A program made the position numbers and the translations under genes. The notes beneath the pieces were generated by a model. It was not told the DNA's origin. It did not search any database and saw only the letters and a program-made list of their open reading frames with translations. A stretch of 64,000 nucleotides of DNA from the human T2T-CHM13v2.0 reference genome, Homo sapiens. The DNA lies in NCBI RefSeq assembly GCF_009914755.1, contig NC_060930.1. The stretch is one strand, 5' to 3'. The stretch's first letter is position 1. Each line of letters opens with the position of its first letter. Below are positions 32,484 through 46,095 of this stretch, one piece after another.

Positions 32484-32643
32484 GCATTTGGGTAGTTTTC
32501 TGGGGTCCGACTATGCTGGTGTGGTGTCATAGATGACCAAGCTTGGCAAGTTCTTCCTGTGACAGTGGTGGAGTATGTGCCTCGGTAACTCTGTCCATAA
32601 TGGTAGTAGCAGTCCTGTACCCCGGGGGTTTCCTCAGTCAGTG
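32484..32643 (-). CDS. LPA: apo(a) KIV-5 exon 1 (160 nt)
   Basis: [54 protein letters not shown]; ttcag / gtacgt. Confidence 0.96.
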
Positions 32644-33900
32644 CTGAAATTAAAACAGAAGACATCAAGCTTATTATTTCCTAGAACAGAAAAATACAGG
32701 AAGCCATTTATGACATAAACCAAAAAAGAGTCACTGAGATTTACAACCATTCTCTATTCTTTATTAATAGGCAAATGGACATGAGAAAACACACAAACAA
32801 ACACGAAAGTAAGAGATGCCTACCATTCTAGAACTGTAGTAAGTTCTTAGAAATATTTCATGTAAAACTTAGTGGAAAAGAAATATCAGATTGCTTCTCA
32901 TCGGAAACTCCACTAACATGGAAGCTCATTTCTAGGAATCTCTACAGAGTGTTCATGACGACATGGAACAGCATAGAAGAAAGGGTGATGCATTTGGCAA
33001 AGCTGAAAAGCAAGTCTCCAAGCATTAAAATGGTTTTTTGGGGAGGAGGCAAGGACATATAAAAACCTTGCATGTGTCCCTAGATGATTGCTCAAAAAAG
33101 AAAGCATTAAACTCCTGGTGATGGGGCAGACAACAGTCCTGCAGCTAAAACTGTAGGCAACAACACTTCACTTCTCAGGGATGAGTGGAGGCCAAAAGCT
33201 TATCACCTACAATAAGATAGGGAATCCTCTCGTGCCCAGCATAATGCATTGCAATAAAGCAAAAGTCTACTACTCTTTTTCTCCAGACCCCCCGCAGGTA
33301 CAAGTTCCATCAGAAAGAGGCAAAAGCACACGAAAAAATCACTCCCTTCAAAGCTAAGAACTGCACAACCTGCCTCGGACTGAAAAAGACCTGAGAGATA
33401 GAGCTTCGGGAGCTCATGTACTACTCCACAGACCCAGGGAGATATGGAATTAATGCAACCCAGTTAGGTTTCTCAAGGATAACAGGATCTAGAGCCACAT
33501 TTCTCGGAATCTGCAATGCTGAAGATTGCACTGAATGCTGTCTACTTGAAGAAATCCCTGGAAAAGTTTACTGGCTTGGAAAGACACACACATCTGACAG
33601 CATATTACAATAAGAATTTTGTCTAGGACAATGAGATAGCCCCTTTTACAATGAGGGGAGTGGTGAAGTCGAGCACCCAGAATGGTTTCCGCCCATCCTA
33701 AAGACACAGCTCGCACAGGTTGCACCAAAAATCACACCTCTGGCTCCCCCAGAGAGTGCGCTAAGGCTTCCTCCCACATGGCAGACCCAGAACCAACACA
33801 CGAGAACCAGTGTAGCACTGAAGGGTTGTGCGTCAGTGGGGGTATCCATGGCTTTTCATCCCAGCATCCAAGCAGGTAAATGTCTGGCACAACTTCTTAC

Positions 33901-34082
33901 CTTGTTCAAAAAAAGCCTCTAGGCTTGGAGCCAGAATAACATTCGGAGGGACGAAGGCAGTCCATTCTGCATCTGAGCATCGTGTCAGGTTGCAGTACTC
34001 CCACCTGACACTGGGATCTGTTGTATAACACCAAGGGGCTGCCACAGGATCTGGATTTCGGCAGTAGTTCTTGATCAAGCCA
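33901..34082 (-). CDS. LPA: apo(a) KIV-4 exon 2 (182 nt)
   Basis: [60 protein letters not shown]; ccag / gtaaga. Confidence 0.96.
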
Positions 34083-36215
34083 CTGGAAATTCCAAAAGAA
34101 TACACATCACAAAAAATGGGTACATATGCAGGAACACTGTATATTTTGCTACAACAAGGTCATTACTGGTGCCTTTGAAATATTCCCAAAAGAGATACCA
34201 TACAATTGCCACAATGACAAATGGCTCTCAATCTCTAATCCTCTCTGCACATTTCTCATACTTAATATATTATCACTTTTTTTAAAGAAAAAAAATCTAA
34301 TGCAGCACACACTTCCTAGAAACACTGAGATTATACATACATGTGGCCAAAAAGGGATCAGAATATCCTCCTTCTGCCTTCTGCCCAATCCATCTCTCTG
34401 GAATAACTGGTATGGATTTTGACGTGTGTATTGTGGAATTGGTTATGCACATACAAAAGTATCTCTATCTGTCTAGCTCTCCGTATCTCTCTGTGTAGGA
34501 CTTCATATAGTAATGTGCGAGTTGGAACTAACACATAGTTCTCCAGAGAAAAAAATGGCATCCAGCATGATATCCTTCCCAGGCCAGCAGTCTCATTCAA
34601 TGTACTCAAAATGTAGCCAAAAGGCTCTATGTTCAGCATGTAAAACCATTGCACAAAAAGTATTCCTGTCTGTCGATACCGTATCAGGTGGGTCAAGTGG
34701 GTTTCTTTCTGCAAGACTTCTCAAAGCTGCCCTGGAAACCTAGCTTTCAGGCAGGATGCAGTATCTCTAGGATGGGTTCCTGGTCAGGACTTCCTCTCCT
34801 GCTCTCAGTCCATCCTCTGCTGGCCACAGCAATTCCGGGACTGAGGGAATGGGGGATGAGTTGAAAGAACAGTGGCACTCATGGCATAAAGGGAGACAGC
34901 TGGGCAGACTATGAGGTCTGAAGAGGTCGGGCAGCTATGGAGGACCTCAGGCTGGGGAAATCTCAGAGCATTCACTCCTCCTTATGCCTCCTAAGAACAT
35001 TGCTCCAACCTCTCAGAATCCTCCCATTCGTGACCTGTGGCTGCCTGGGAAAACGGGAAATGTATTATGGGCCATGGGGATCCAACACTGTCTCTCTAGA
35101 GACTCTACACATGTGACCTAGTCTCAAGCCCAGACCCTCCATTCCAGGAAGCTGGTTCAATGAGCAACTGGATGTGCTCAGAGCTTGAGTACTTGAAAGA
35201 CTTCTTTTTCTTCCTTGGCTTCCCTCTTTTGGATACATGGAAAATTCTTATTATATAATATCCCTCAGAATTCAAAATTTTATGATTGCTTTAGGATTTA
35301 CAATATCCCTTTGGACCCACAAATTCAACCTTTCATTAATATTACATACCATCGTGGATAAGGTAAGAAACTTACAATGGTACACTTCCAATTATTCCCC
35401 ACATGATTTAGTCTATATGTTCAAATTTTTACCTCTACATATTCTAAAGTTAAATATATTGCTATCATTTTGCTTCAAGTAGTCAACTCTCATTTAAAAA
35501 GATATAGAAATTTGATCAAGAAAATATTTTGCATTTACATCTACATTTGCCATTTGCTGGGTTCTTCATTACGTGGGCTGCAGAAAGTTCTCCTCTTGAA
35601 CTATTCTTCTTCTAGCTAATTTTCTTTGGGCAACATCTCTTGTTACACAAGCCTGCTGATTCCAAATTATTAGTTTTTGGTTTATTTATTTGGGGCAGTG
35701 CACAATATGCATTTATCCAACATGGATGATCTTCAAGGCATTTTATTGCTGGATGTAGCATTCTCATTTGATCTCTTTTTTTTCTAGTTTATCATTTTAA
35801 TGATATCCCCTGTTAACTGGGTTCCAGTGTTTCTGATGAGAATGCATTAGCAATTTGTATCACTGTTCTTCTAGCAAGACACAGCTCTTTTTCCTCCAGT
35901 TTCTCATGAGATGTTTCTTGTTATTATATCTTTGCCTTCTGACTGTTGAACGGTGATGTACAAAAGTGAATCATACAGTTTTTTTTTTTTTTTTTGGAAA
36001 TTCCCTGTCTGATTCATTCAGCTTCTTGAATCTGTGGTTTTTAATATTCTTCTTATTTGAAAAGTTTTTAGCTATCCTTGCTTCCAGTATTTGTTCCTGT
36101 AGCAATCTCTCCTTCCTCTCCTTCTGTGACTTCCTACCCACATGCAGGAAATCTTTTTATATTTTCCCGCCTGTCTGTGAGGATCAGTGGATTTCATTTT
36201 TTAGTATTTGTGGAG

Positions 36216-36246
<31 letters not shown>

Positions 36247-38027
36247 CATGTTTCTAAGCCTGTGCATGTGTGAGTATGTGTGTATATGTGTGTGTCATTT
36301 GTGTATGTGTAGCTGGTTCTGTAGGTGGTATAAAATTGTTTTTCAGTTAGTTTTTACTTCTGAAACATCTCACTCCATTGGGAATACATCCAGTAATTTT
36401 TTCATTTAAGACATACCTTCTTATACTAGTTCTTTAATTTAATTTGGCTCTTCTATACTGTTACTGTCTCTTGATATGGTATCTGCTTCATTCCGTATTC
36501 ATGTTTTCTTAAAACCTAAAACTCAGTTGACATATTGATATGTCAAATTTTTTGCCATTCTAATCATTTCTGTCATTTCTAGGTCTATTTGTATTGACTG
36601 ATTTTTCACCTGGTCATGGTTCATACTAAAAGCTTCTCTATGTGTAGTCAAGTTTTAAATTTAGAACTCACACTGTGAACACCACATAGCTGAGCCACTT
36701 GACTTTGTTGTTTACCTCTAAAGAGGGTTTTCCTCTCCCAGGCAGTTAATTGACTTGGAAATGATTTTAATGCTTGGAGACTTGCTTTTCAGTTTTGCCA
36801 GGGTTTGTCTAGAGCTGCCTTTTTTTCTAGAAATTTACTAATTCTACTCCTAAAGTATGACTTTTCTGGAGTCTCTACTGTATTCCCAAGAGGTTCAGTG
36901 AGGTCTCTCCTCCAGCTGGTCAGAACTCCAGTATCCCAGAATGCTATGAGGGCTCTGTCCTCTTTATTGAGCTCACTGTTCAATCGCAGTTGCTATTCCT
37001 CAGGATATATTCTTTTCTCTACTTTCTTGTGGAACCTTTTTCTGGGCACATGCAACGTCATGTTTAGCCAAAGATTCGAGGAGACTACTATGCGTGCCCC
37101 TGGAGCTCCTTTCATCCACAAATCCATTCTCATTCTCAGCAGGCCTATAAAATCCTAGCTACCACAGTAGTCCCAAATTCCAATCTCTCTCCTGCATTCA
37201 GGAAGATGGCTACAGTCCATCTGGGCTCCATCACCTTGCTCTTCAGTGCAAGAAGGGCCTCCAGGAAGAAAGCCAAGGTATCTATGGAGTTGATCTCATT
37301 GTTCCCCCTGTCACTATTCTTTTGGTCCACTACTGTCTGTTGTCCAACATGTAGAAACCATTTTTCCATGTCTTTGGTGTCACTTATGGCCTAAAGCCTG
37401 GCCATGGGCTGGTCAGACCTGGGCTTCTGTCCATCTATCCACCCTTTTACTTTACAGGATCTCTCTCTTTGCTGACTCTCATCTGCCTTCCTGCCATTTT
37501 TATTCTCTAACAACCAGTATCCCTTCAGACCACTGGTGGTCAGAACCGACTGTGTTTCTACATATTGGAATAGACGTAGATATAGAAAGAGATAGATTTG
37601 CCTCTCCATAGATATACATATATACTTTCCTTGTAAGCCAAAACAGAAAACCCCAACAGAACCTTCACTTCAGGAATTGGAGTTTAGTTTAATAGAATTC
37701 CAAGGAGAAAAGGCTGCATTGAACCTTAGTGGGTGTTGTGGAAGGGTACTCTAAGAGTTTCATCATTTGTCATCTTGACTTGTTTCTTAATGTGATATCC
37801 TTGCCTCCAGATACCTTTCTGCTCCATTAAACTAGGAGGAAGGAGAGCCAGATTAACATTTGTCTTCTCTTAGACTCTTTGCTCAAAGACAATGTTCCTG
37901 AGACATTTTGCTATGCACTGTTCATCTGAGACAACTTGAGTCCTGAACACTCAGCTTGAAGCATGACTCTACTAACAGAAATTTCCACTGACCCTTCCTT
38001 CACTTATGGTAAAGAAAATAGACATAC

Positions 38028-38187
38028 GCATTTGGGTAGTATGCTGGGGTCCGACTATGCGAGTGTGGTGTCATAGATGACCAAGCTTGGCAGGTTCTTC
38101 CTGTGACAGTAATGAAGTATGTGCCTTGATAACTCTGTCCATTTCCGTGGTAGCACTCCTGCACCCCAGGCCTTTGCTCAGTTGGTG
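38028..38187 (-). CDS. LPA: apo(a) KIV-4 exon 1 (160 nt)
   Basis: [54 protein letters not shown]; ttcag / gtatgt. Confidence 0.96.
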
Positions 38188-39458
38188 CTGAAATGAAAAG
38201 AAAAGAAATCAAACTGAGTGTTTCCAAGAAGAGACAAACATGTGAAGCCACTTATGGCACAAACCAGAAAAAAGTCTCTGAGAATTATGACCTCAGGAGA
38301 ATATGACAAGTAACATTCTTGTTTCTTTATTTGTAGGCAGATGGACTTGAGAAAAGCAACAACCAACCAACAAACAAAAACACCAAAGAAACAAATTCCT
38401 AACACTTTAGAACTGTAGTAAGTTCTTAGAAATATTTCACATAAAAGCTTAGAAAAAAAGGACAAATGAGAGGGCTTCTCAATGGAAACTGTGCTCACGT
38501 GCAAGCACATTTATGGGAATTTCTACTGAATGTTCATGAGGACTATGGGGCAGCAAACAGCAAAGCACGATGCATTTGGGGGTACAGGCCATACATGGTG
38601 ATTGGGTGTTAGGGGCAGAGAAACGGACAGACATGAAAACAATGAACGTTTCATAACAAAAGGCAAGGTCTTCAGCTTCTGGGCCATGGGAGAGACAACA
38701 GTCCTTCGTCTAGGACTGCAGACAAAGACACTTCAGTTATCAGGGATGGGTGGAGGCGAACAGCTTACTCCCCTGCAGGAGAGATGAAATCCTCTCATGA
38801 CCCACATCCTGAGTTGCAATAATACAGAAGTCTCCGACTCTTTCTATCCAGACCGCTCACAGGTACAACTGCCACCAGAACACGGGGCAGTCACTCACTT
38901 AAAAACCTAGGGCTGCAGAGCCCACCTATGACTGAGGAAGTCCTGAAACATAGATCATTGGGAGTTCATGTACTGCTCCATAGAACCAGGGTGATTTGGA
39001 ATTAATGCAACCCTGTTAGCCCTGTTTCTCAAGGGTGACAGGCTCCAGAGCCACATTTCTCTGAATCTGCAATGCTGAAGATTGCACTGAATGCTGGCTA
39101 ATTGAAGAAGTCCCAGGAAAAGCTTACTGGCTTGGAAAGAGTCACACATCTGACAGCATGTTACAATAAAAATTTTGGCTAAGACACTGAGATAGCCCAT
39201 TTTTCAACGAGGTGAGTTGTGAAGTCGATCACCCTGGAGGGTTTGTGCCAATTCTAAAGACACAGCCCACCCAACGTTGCACCAGAAATCAATCCGCTGG
39301 CTCCCCCAGAGAGTGCACGGAGGCTTCCTCCTACATGACAGAACTCAGTCAACACTCGAGCATCCGTTTACCATTGGAGGCTGCTGCATCAGTGGGAATT
39401 TCCATGGCTTTTCATCCCAGCATCGAAACGTGTAGGTTTCTGGCCACAGGCTCCTTAC

Positions 39459-39640
39459 CTTGTTCAGAAGGAGCCTCTAGGCTTGGAATCGGGGTAATAG
39501 TTGGAGGCGCGACGGCAGTCCCTTCTGCGTCTGAGCATTGTGTCAGGTTGCAGTACTCCCACCTGACACTGGGATCCCTCGTATAACAATAAGGGGCTGC
39601 CACAGGATCTGGATTCCTGCAGTAGTTCATGATCAAGCCA
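39459..39640 (-). CDS. LPA: apo(a) KIV-3 exon 2 (182 nt)
   Basis: [60 protein letters not shown]; ccag / gtaagg. Confidence 0.96.
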
Positions 39641-41184
39641 CTGGAAATTCCAAAACGATACACGTCACAAGAGGTGGGACAATATGCAGGGGCACCCCAC
39701 ACCCTCTCCTTTGTGCTGCAACAAGGTCATTACCAGTGCCTTTCTAATATTCCCATAAAAGTACCATATGATTGCCACAAGCACAAATGGCTCTCAATCA
39801 CTAATCCTGTCTGCACATTTCTCATACTTAAAAGATTATTATTATAAAAAAAAATCTAAAGTAGCAAACGCTTCTTAGAAACACTGAGATAATACATACA
39901 CGTGGGCAAAAAACGATCAGAGTATTCTCCTTCTGCCTTCTGCCCAATCCATCTCTCTGGAATAACTGGTATGGATTTTGATGTGTGTATTGTGGAATCG
40001 TTTATTCACATACAAAAGTATCTGTATTTATCTAGTTCTCCGTATCTCTCTCGGTAGGACTTCATATTCTAATGTGCAAGTTGCAACTAACAGGTAGTTC
40101 TTCAGAAAAAACATGGGATCCAGGAGGATAACCTTTCCAGGTCAACCTTCACTCTCTATGTACTCAAAACCTCGCGAAAAGGCTCTACTTTTCCCATGGA
40201 AAAGCACTGTGCAAATTGTATTACTTTCTGTCATTCCCATATCATGTGGGTCAAATAGGTTTGTTTCTGCAAGACTTCTCAAAGCTGCCCTGGAAAACTT
40301 GCTCCCAGGCAGAATGCAGCATCTCTAGAATGGGTTCCTGGGCAGGACCTTCTCTCCTGCTCTCAGTCTACCCTCTGCTGGCCGCAGCTACTCTGCACTG
40401 AGGGAAAGGGGGATGAGTTGAAAGAACAGTGGGACCCATGGCATAAAGGAAGATGGCAGGGTAGACTAAGAGATCTGAAGAGGTCGGACAGCTACGGAGG
40501 AACACTGCATTAGGGGGCAAAGCAGGTAGGAGTTTGGGCTGCGGGGATCTTGAAGCATTTGCTCTTCCTTATGCCTCCCAAGAACGTTGCTCCAACCTCT
40601 CTCTATCCTCACATTCATGACCTGTGGCTGCCTGAGAAAATGGGAAATGTATTACGGGCCATGGGGATGAAACACTGTCTCTCTAGAGACTCTATACATG
40701 TGGCCTAGTGTCAATCCCAGACCCTCCATTCCAGGAAGCTGGTTCAATGAGCTACAGGATGTACTAAGAGCCCAAACTCGTGACAAATTTCTTTCTTCCT
40801 TGGCTTCTCTCTTTTGAATACATGGAATATTCTTATTATACAATATACCTCAGAGTTCAAAACTTTGTGATTGCTCTAGGATTTGCAATATCTCCTTGAA
40901 CCCACACAGTAACATTTTATTAATATTACATACCATTGTGCATGAGGTAAGAAACTTACAATGGTACACTTCTAATTATTCCCTACATGATTTACGCTAC
41001 TTGTTCAAATTCTTACCTCTACATATGCTAAAATTAAATATATTGCTATCATTTTGTTTCCAGTAGTCAACGCTCATTTAAAAATATATAGAAATTTGGT
41101 CAAGAAAATATTTTGCATTTACATCTACATTTGCCAATTGCTGGGTTCTTCATTACATGGGCTGCAGAAAGTTCCCTTCTTGTA

Positions 41185-43075
41185 CTATTCTTCTTCTACC
41201 TAATTCCTTTGGGTCACCTCTCTTGTTACATCAGCCTGCTGATTCCAAATTCTTACAGTTTCCGGTTTCTTTGTTTGGGGCAGTGCACAACATACATTTA
41301 TGCAGCATGGATGATCTTCAAGGCATTTTATTGCTGGATTTAGCATTCTTGGTTGATCTCTTCTTGTTCCTGTTTACCACATTAATAACATTCCCGGTAT
41401 CTGGCTTCCAGTGTTTTTGACGAGAATGCATTAGCAATTTGTATCACTGTTCTTCTAGCAAGAAACAGCTTGTTTTTCCCCAGTTTCTCATAAGAAGTTT
41501 CTTGTTATTATATCTTTGTCTTCTTACCGTGAAAATGTGAAGTACAAAAGTGCATCATACCAGATTTTTTCTTTTTTTCGAAACGCCTATTTGATGCATT
41601 GAATTTCGTGTTTTTGCGATTTTGTTAATATTCTTGATCAATGAAAAGTTTTCGGCCATCCTTGATTCCGGTATTTGTTTCTGTTTCCAATCTCCCGTTC
41701 TCTTTTCTGTGACTTGCTTCCCATATGCAGGAAATCTTTTCCTATTTTGCAACATGTCTGTGAGGTTCGGTTGGTTTTCTATTTCACTATTTCTTGAGGG
41801 TTGTGTGTGTGTGTGTGTGTGTGTGAACTTGTGAGTTTTTGCGTGGGTGTGTATGGGTGTGTTGTATGTGTATATATGTGTGTAGTTGGTTCTGTAGAAT
41901 TGATTTTTGGTTAGTTTCCTATTCAGAAATGTCTAAATTGATCAGGCAGCCATCCAGTAATTTTTTCTTTTAAGACATAGCTTTTTACACTAAGTCTTTA
42001 ATTTGATTTGGCTAGTCAATACTGTTACTTTCTTTTGATATTTTATCTGTTTTATTACATATTCATCTTTTTTTAAATATTTGAAATAGTTATCTTAGTC
42101 ATATGTCAAATTTTCATGCAATTCTTCTATTCTTCTTATACCTAATTCTTTCGGGTCACCTCTGTTGCTACATAAGCCTGCTGATTCCAAAGTCTTACAC
42201 TTTCCAGTTTCTTTGTTTTGGGCAGTGCACAATATGCATTTATCCAACATGGATGATCTTCAAGGCATTTTATTGCTGGATTCAGCATTCTCGGTTGATC
42301 TCTTCTTGTTCCTCATTATCATTTTAATAATATTCCCTGGTATCTGGCTTCCAGTGTTTCTGAGGTGAACGCATTAGCAATTTGTATCACTGTACTCTAG
42401 GAAGACACAGCTCTTTTTTCTCCAGTTTCTCGTGAGATGTTTCTTCTTCTTATATCCTTGCCTTGTTACCTTTGAACTGTGATGTAGAGAAGTGCATCAT
42501 GTAGTTTTTTTTCTCGAAATTTCCTATTTGATCCCTTTAGTTTCATGAATCTGTGATTTTTCTAACGTTCTTCATAATTGAAAAGTTATCAGCCATCCGT
42601 GATTCCGGTATTTGTATCTACTCCAAACTCCCTTGCTCTTTACTGTGACTTGCTTCCCACATGCAGGAAATCTTCTTATATTTTCCTGCATGTCTCTGAG
42701 GGTCGGTTAATTTTATATTTCCCTATTTCTTTAGGGATGTGCATGTGTGTGTGTGTTTGTGTGTGTGTTAGAACTTGTGAGTTTTTGCATGTGTGTGTGT
42801 ATGGGTGTGTTTTGAATGTGTGTGTGTGTGGCTCATTCTGTAGGTTCTGCAGAATTGTTTTTGGTTAATTTTTTCTTCTGAAACATCTAAATTTTTCAGG
42901 CGGACATACAGTAATTTCTTCATTTAAGACATACTTTTTGTATAATAGTTCTTTAATTTGATTTGGCTATTCTATACTATTAATTTGTCTTGATATGATA
43001 CCTGCTTTGTTGCACTTTTTTTAAATATCTGAAATCAGTTATCATACTGATATGTCAAATTTTCATGCAATTCTA
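41185..43075. repeat. Diverged ~945-bp tandem duplication in the KIV-3 long intron
   Basis: ctattcttctt.tacctaatt..tt.gggtcacctct starts at ~41185 and ~42127; both copies end tatgtcaaattttcatgcaattct (~42125, ~43074). Confidence 0.9.
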
Positions 43076-44543
43076 ATTATCGATGTCATTTCTGAGCCTG
43101 TTTGTATTGCCTGATTTATTTTCTGGTCATGGATCACACGAAATTCTTTTCTACACGTAGTCAAATTTTTAATTTAGGACTCACTCTGGGGATACCGCAT
43201 AGCTGAGGCAATTGACTTTGTTGTTTACTTCTGAAGAGAGTTGAGATTTCCTCTCACAGGCACTTCATTGATTGGAAACCCATTTGATGCTTGGACACTT
43301 GCTTTTCAGCTGTGCAAGGGGTTGTCTGCAGCTGCCTTTATTCTAGTAATATACTAATTGTACTTTGAAATTATGGCTGTTCTGGGGTCTCCACTGAATT
43401 GGCAATGTGTTCCGTGAGCACTCTCTCATCTAGCTGGTAAGAACTCCAATAACACAGAGTGCTATGTGATCTCTATCTTCTTAATTGAGCTTGCTGTTCT
43501 CTTGTAGTTGCTGTTTCTCAGTAAATGTTCTTTGCCACACTTTCTGTAGAACCATTTTCTGTGCACATGCAGTGTCATGTGAGGCCAACTACTGGAGGAG
43601 ACTTCTATGCGTATTTGTAGAGCTCCTTTCCTCCACAAACCAGTTCTTATTTGTAGCGGACCTAGAAAATACCAGAGTCATCCCAAACTCCAATCCCTCT
43701 CCTCTGCTCAGCTAGATGGCTACAGGCTGCTTGAGCTCCATCTCCTTGCTATTCAGTGCAGGAAGGGTATCCAGGAAGAAAGCCAAGGCATCTATGGAGT
43801 TGAGCTCATCATTGGCCCTCTCTCAATTCTCTAGGTCCTCTACCATCTGTTGTCCCACATGTAGAAACCATTTTTCCATGTCTTTGGTTGTTGATTATGG
43901 CCAAATGATTGGCCATGGGGTGGTCAGACCAGGGCTTCTATCCATCTACCCATCCCTTTTACTTTTCAGCATCCCTCTCTGTGCTGACTCTCATCTGCCT
44001 TCCTTCCTTGGATCTTCTCTTGCTGGGAACCTCTATCCTTTCAGGCCACTGGTACTTAGGACCAAGAGATTTTCTCCCTATTGGAATACAGGTAGAAATA
44101 GAAACAGATCAATTCACCTGTCCATAAGTAAGCACATAAACTTTCCTCATGAGCCCAGACAGAAAAGGCAAACACAATCTTCCCTTCAGGAATTGGAAGT
44201 CAGAATAACGGAATTCCAACTGGAAAGTCTTCATTGACGCTTAGTGGGTGTTGGGCAAGGGTAATCTAAGTGTTTGGTGGTTCGTCATTCTGACTTTCTT
44301 CATAAGGTGATCTCCTCGCCTCCTCATTTCCCTTCTGCTCCACAAAACTAGGAGGAAGGTGAGGCAGCTTAACATTTCTCTTCTCTCAGACCCTTAGCTC
44401 CAAGGAAATCATCCTGAGACATTTTGCTACACCATCTGAATCTGACACAAGTTGAGTTCGGAGAACTCAGCTTGAAGCATGTCTCTTGTCACAGAAACTT
44501 CAGTTGGCCCTTTATTCTCTTATGGTAAAGAACAAAGACATAC

Positions 44544-44703
44544 GCATTTGGGTAGTATTCTGGGGTCCGACTATGCGAGTGTGGTGTCATAGATGACCAA
44601 GCTTGGCAGGTTCTTCCAGTGACAGTGGTGGAGTATGTGCCTCGATAACTCTGTCCATTACCGTGGTAGCACTCCTGCACCCCAGGCCTCTGCTCAGTCG
44701 GTG
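44544..44703 (-). CDS. LPA: apo(a) KIV-3 exon 1 (160 nt; same sequence as the KIV-2 exon 1 copies here)
   Basis: [54 protein letters not shown]; next downstream exon is KIV-3 exon 2. Confidence 0.95.
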
Positions 44704-45913
44704 CTGAAATGAAAACACAAGAAATAAACTGAGTATCTCTGAGAATAACGAAATATGTGAAGCCATTTATGACACAACCAGAAAGGAGTCTATGAGAATT
44801 ACGAACGTTATCTTTCCCTTACCTGTAGGCAGATGGATGGGAGAAAACCAACCAAAAAACATACAGCAAACCTACAGATTCCTACCAATCTAGAACTGTA
44901 GTAAGTTCTAGGAAATATTTCACCTGAAATCCTTAGAAAAACAGAACAGAACAGACTCCTTCTCACTGCAAAGTGCGCTCACGAAGTAGCACCTTTCTAT
45001 GAAACTCTACTGAATGTTCATACAAAGGGCACTGCATTTGGCAATGCAGGATGCAGGTGGTAATTGGCTGTCGAGGGCAGAGGAGGGGAAAGACATGGAA
45101 ATTTTGCATGTTTCCCTAGATCGTTGATCATGAAAGCCAAGGCCTCTGGCTTCCAGGCCATGGGGCAGAAAACGATCCTATATATCTGACTGAAGGCAAA
45201 GACACTTTGCTTCTCAAGGATGTGTGCACGCCAAAACCTTCTTCCCTTGGAGGAGGGAGGGAATCTTCTCATGCCCTGCATCCTGAATTGCAGTAAAGGA
45301 GAAGTCTACTAACCTTTCTCTCTAGACCCCTCACAGGTACAAGTGCCATCAGAAAGAGGTTTAAGAACACTGAGAAATCACTCCCTTCAAAGCCTAGGAC
45401 TGAAGAGCCTTAGAGCATTGGGAGCTCATATACTGCTCCATAGACCCAGGACCATATGGAATTAATGCAGCCCTGTTAGGTTTCTCGAGGATGACAGGCT
45501 CCAGAGCCACATTTTTTGAAATCTGCAATGCTGAAGATTGCACTGACTGCTGGCTACTTGAAGAAATCCCCAGAAAAGCTTACTGCGACAGAAAGAATCA
45601 CACACCTGACAGCACGTTACAATAAAAATTTTGGCTAAGACACTGAGATAGCCCATTTTAGAAGGAGGTGAGTTGTGAAGCCCATCACCCTGGAAGGTTT
45701 GTGCCCATTCTAAAGACAAAGCCCACCCAAGTTGCACCAGAAATCACTCCGCTGGCTCCCCCAGAGAGTACACGGAGGCTTCCCCCAACATGGCAGAACT
45801 CCGGCAACACTCGAGCATCCGTTTACCATTGAAGGCGGCTGCATCAGTGGGAATTTCCATGGCTTTTCATCCCAGCATCGAAGCGTGTAGATGTCTGGCC
45901 ACAGACTCCTTAC

Positions 45914-46095
45914 CTTGTTCGGAAGGAGCCTCTAGGCTTGGAACCGGGGTAACAGTCGGAGGCGCGACGGCAGTCCCTTCTGCGTCTGAGCATTGCGTCA
46001 GGTTGCAGTACTCCCACCTGACACCGGGATCCCTCGTATAACAATAAGGAGCTGCCACAGCATCTGGATTCCTGCAGTAGTTCATGATCAAGCCA
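45914..46095 (-). CDS. LPA: apo(a) KIV-2 exon 2, last unit (n)
   Basis: [60 protein letters not shown]; ccag / gtaagg. Confidence 0.97.
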
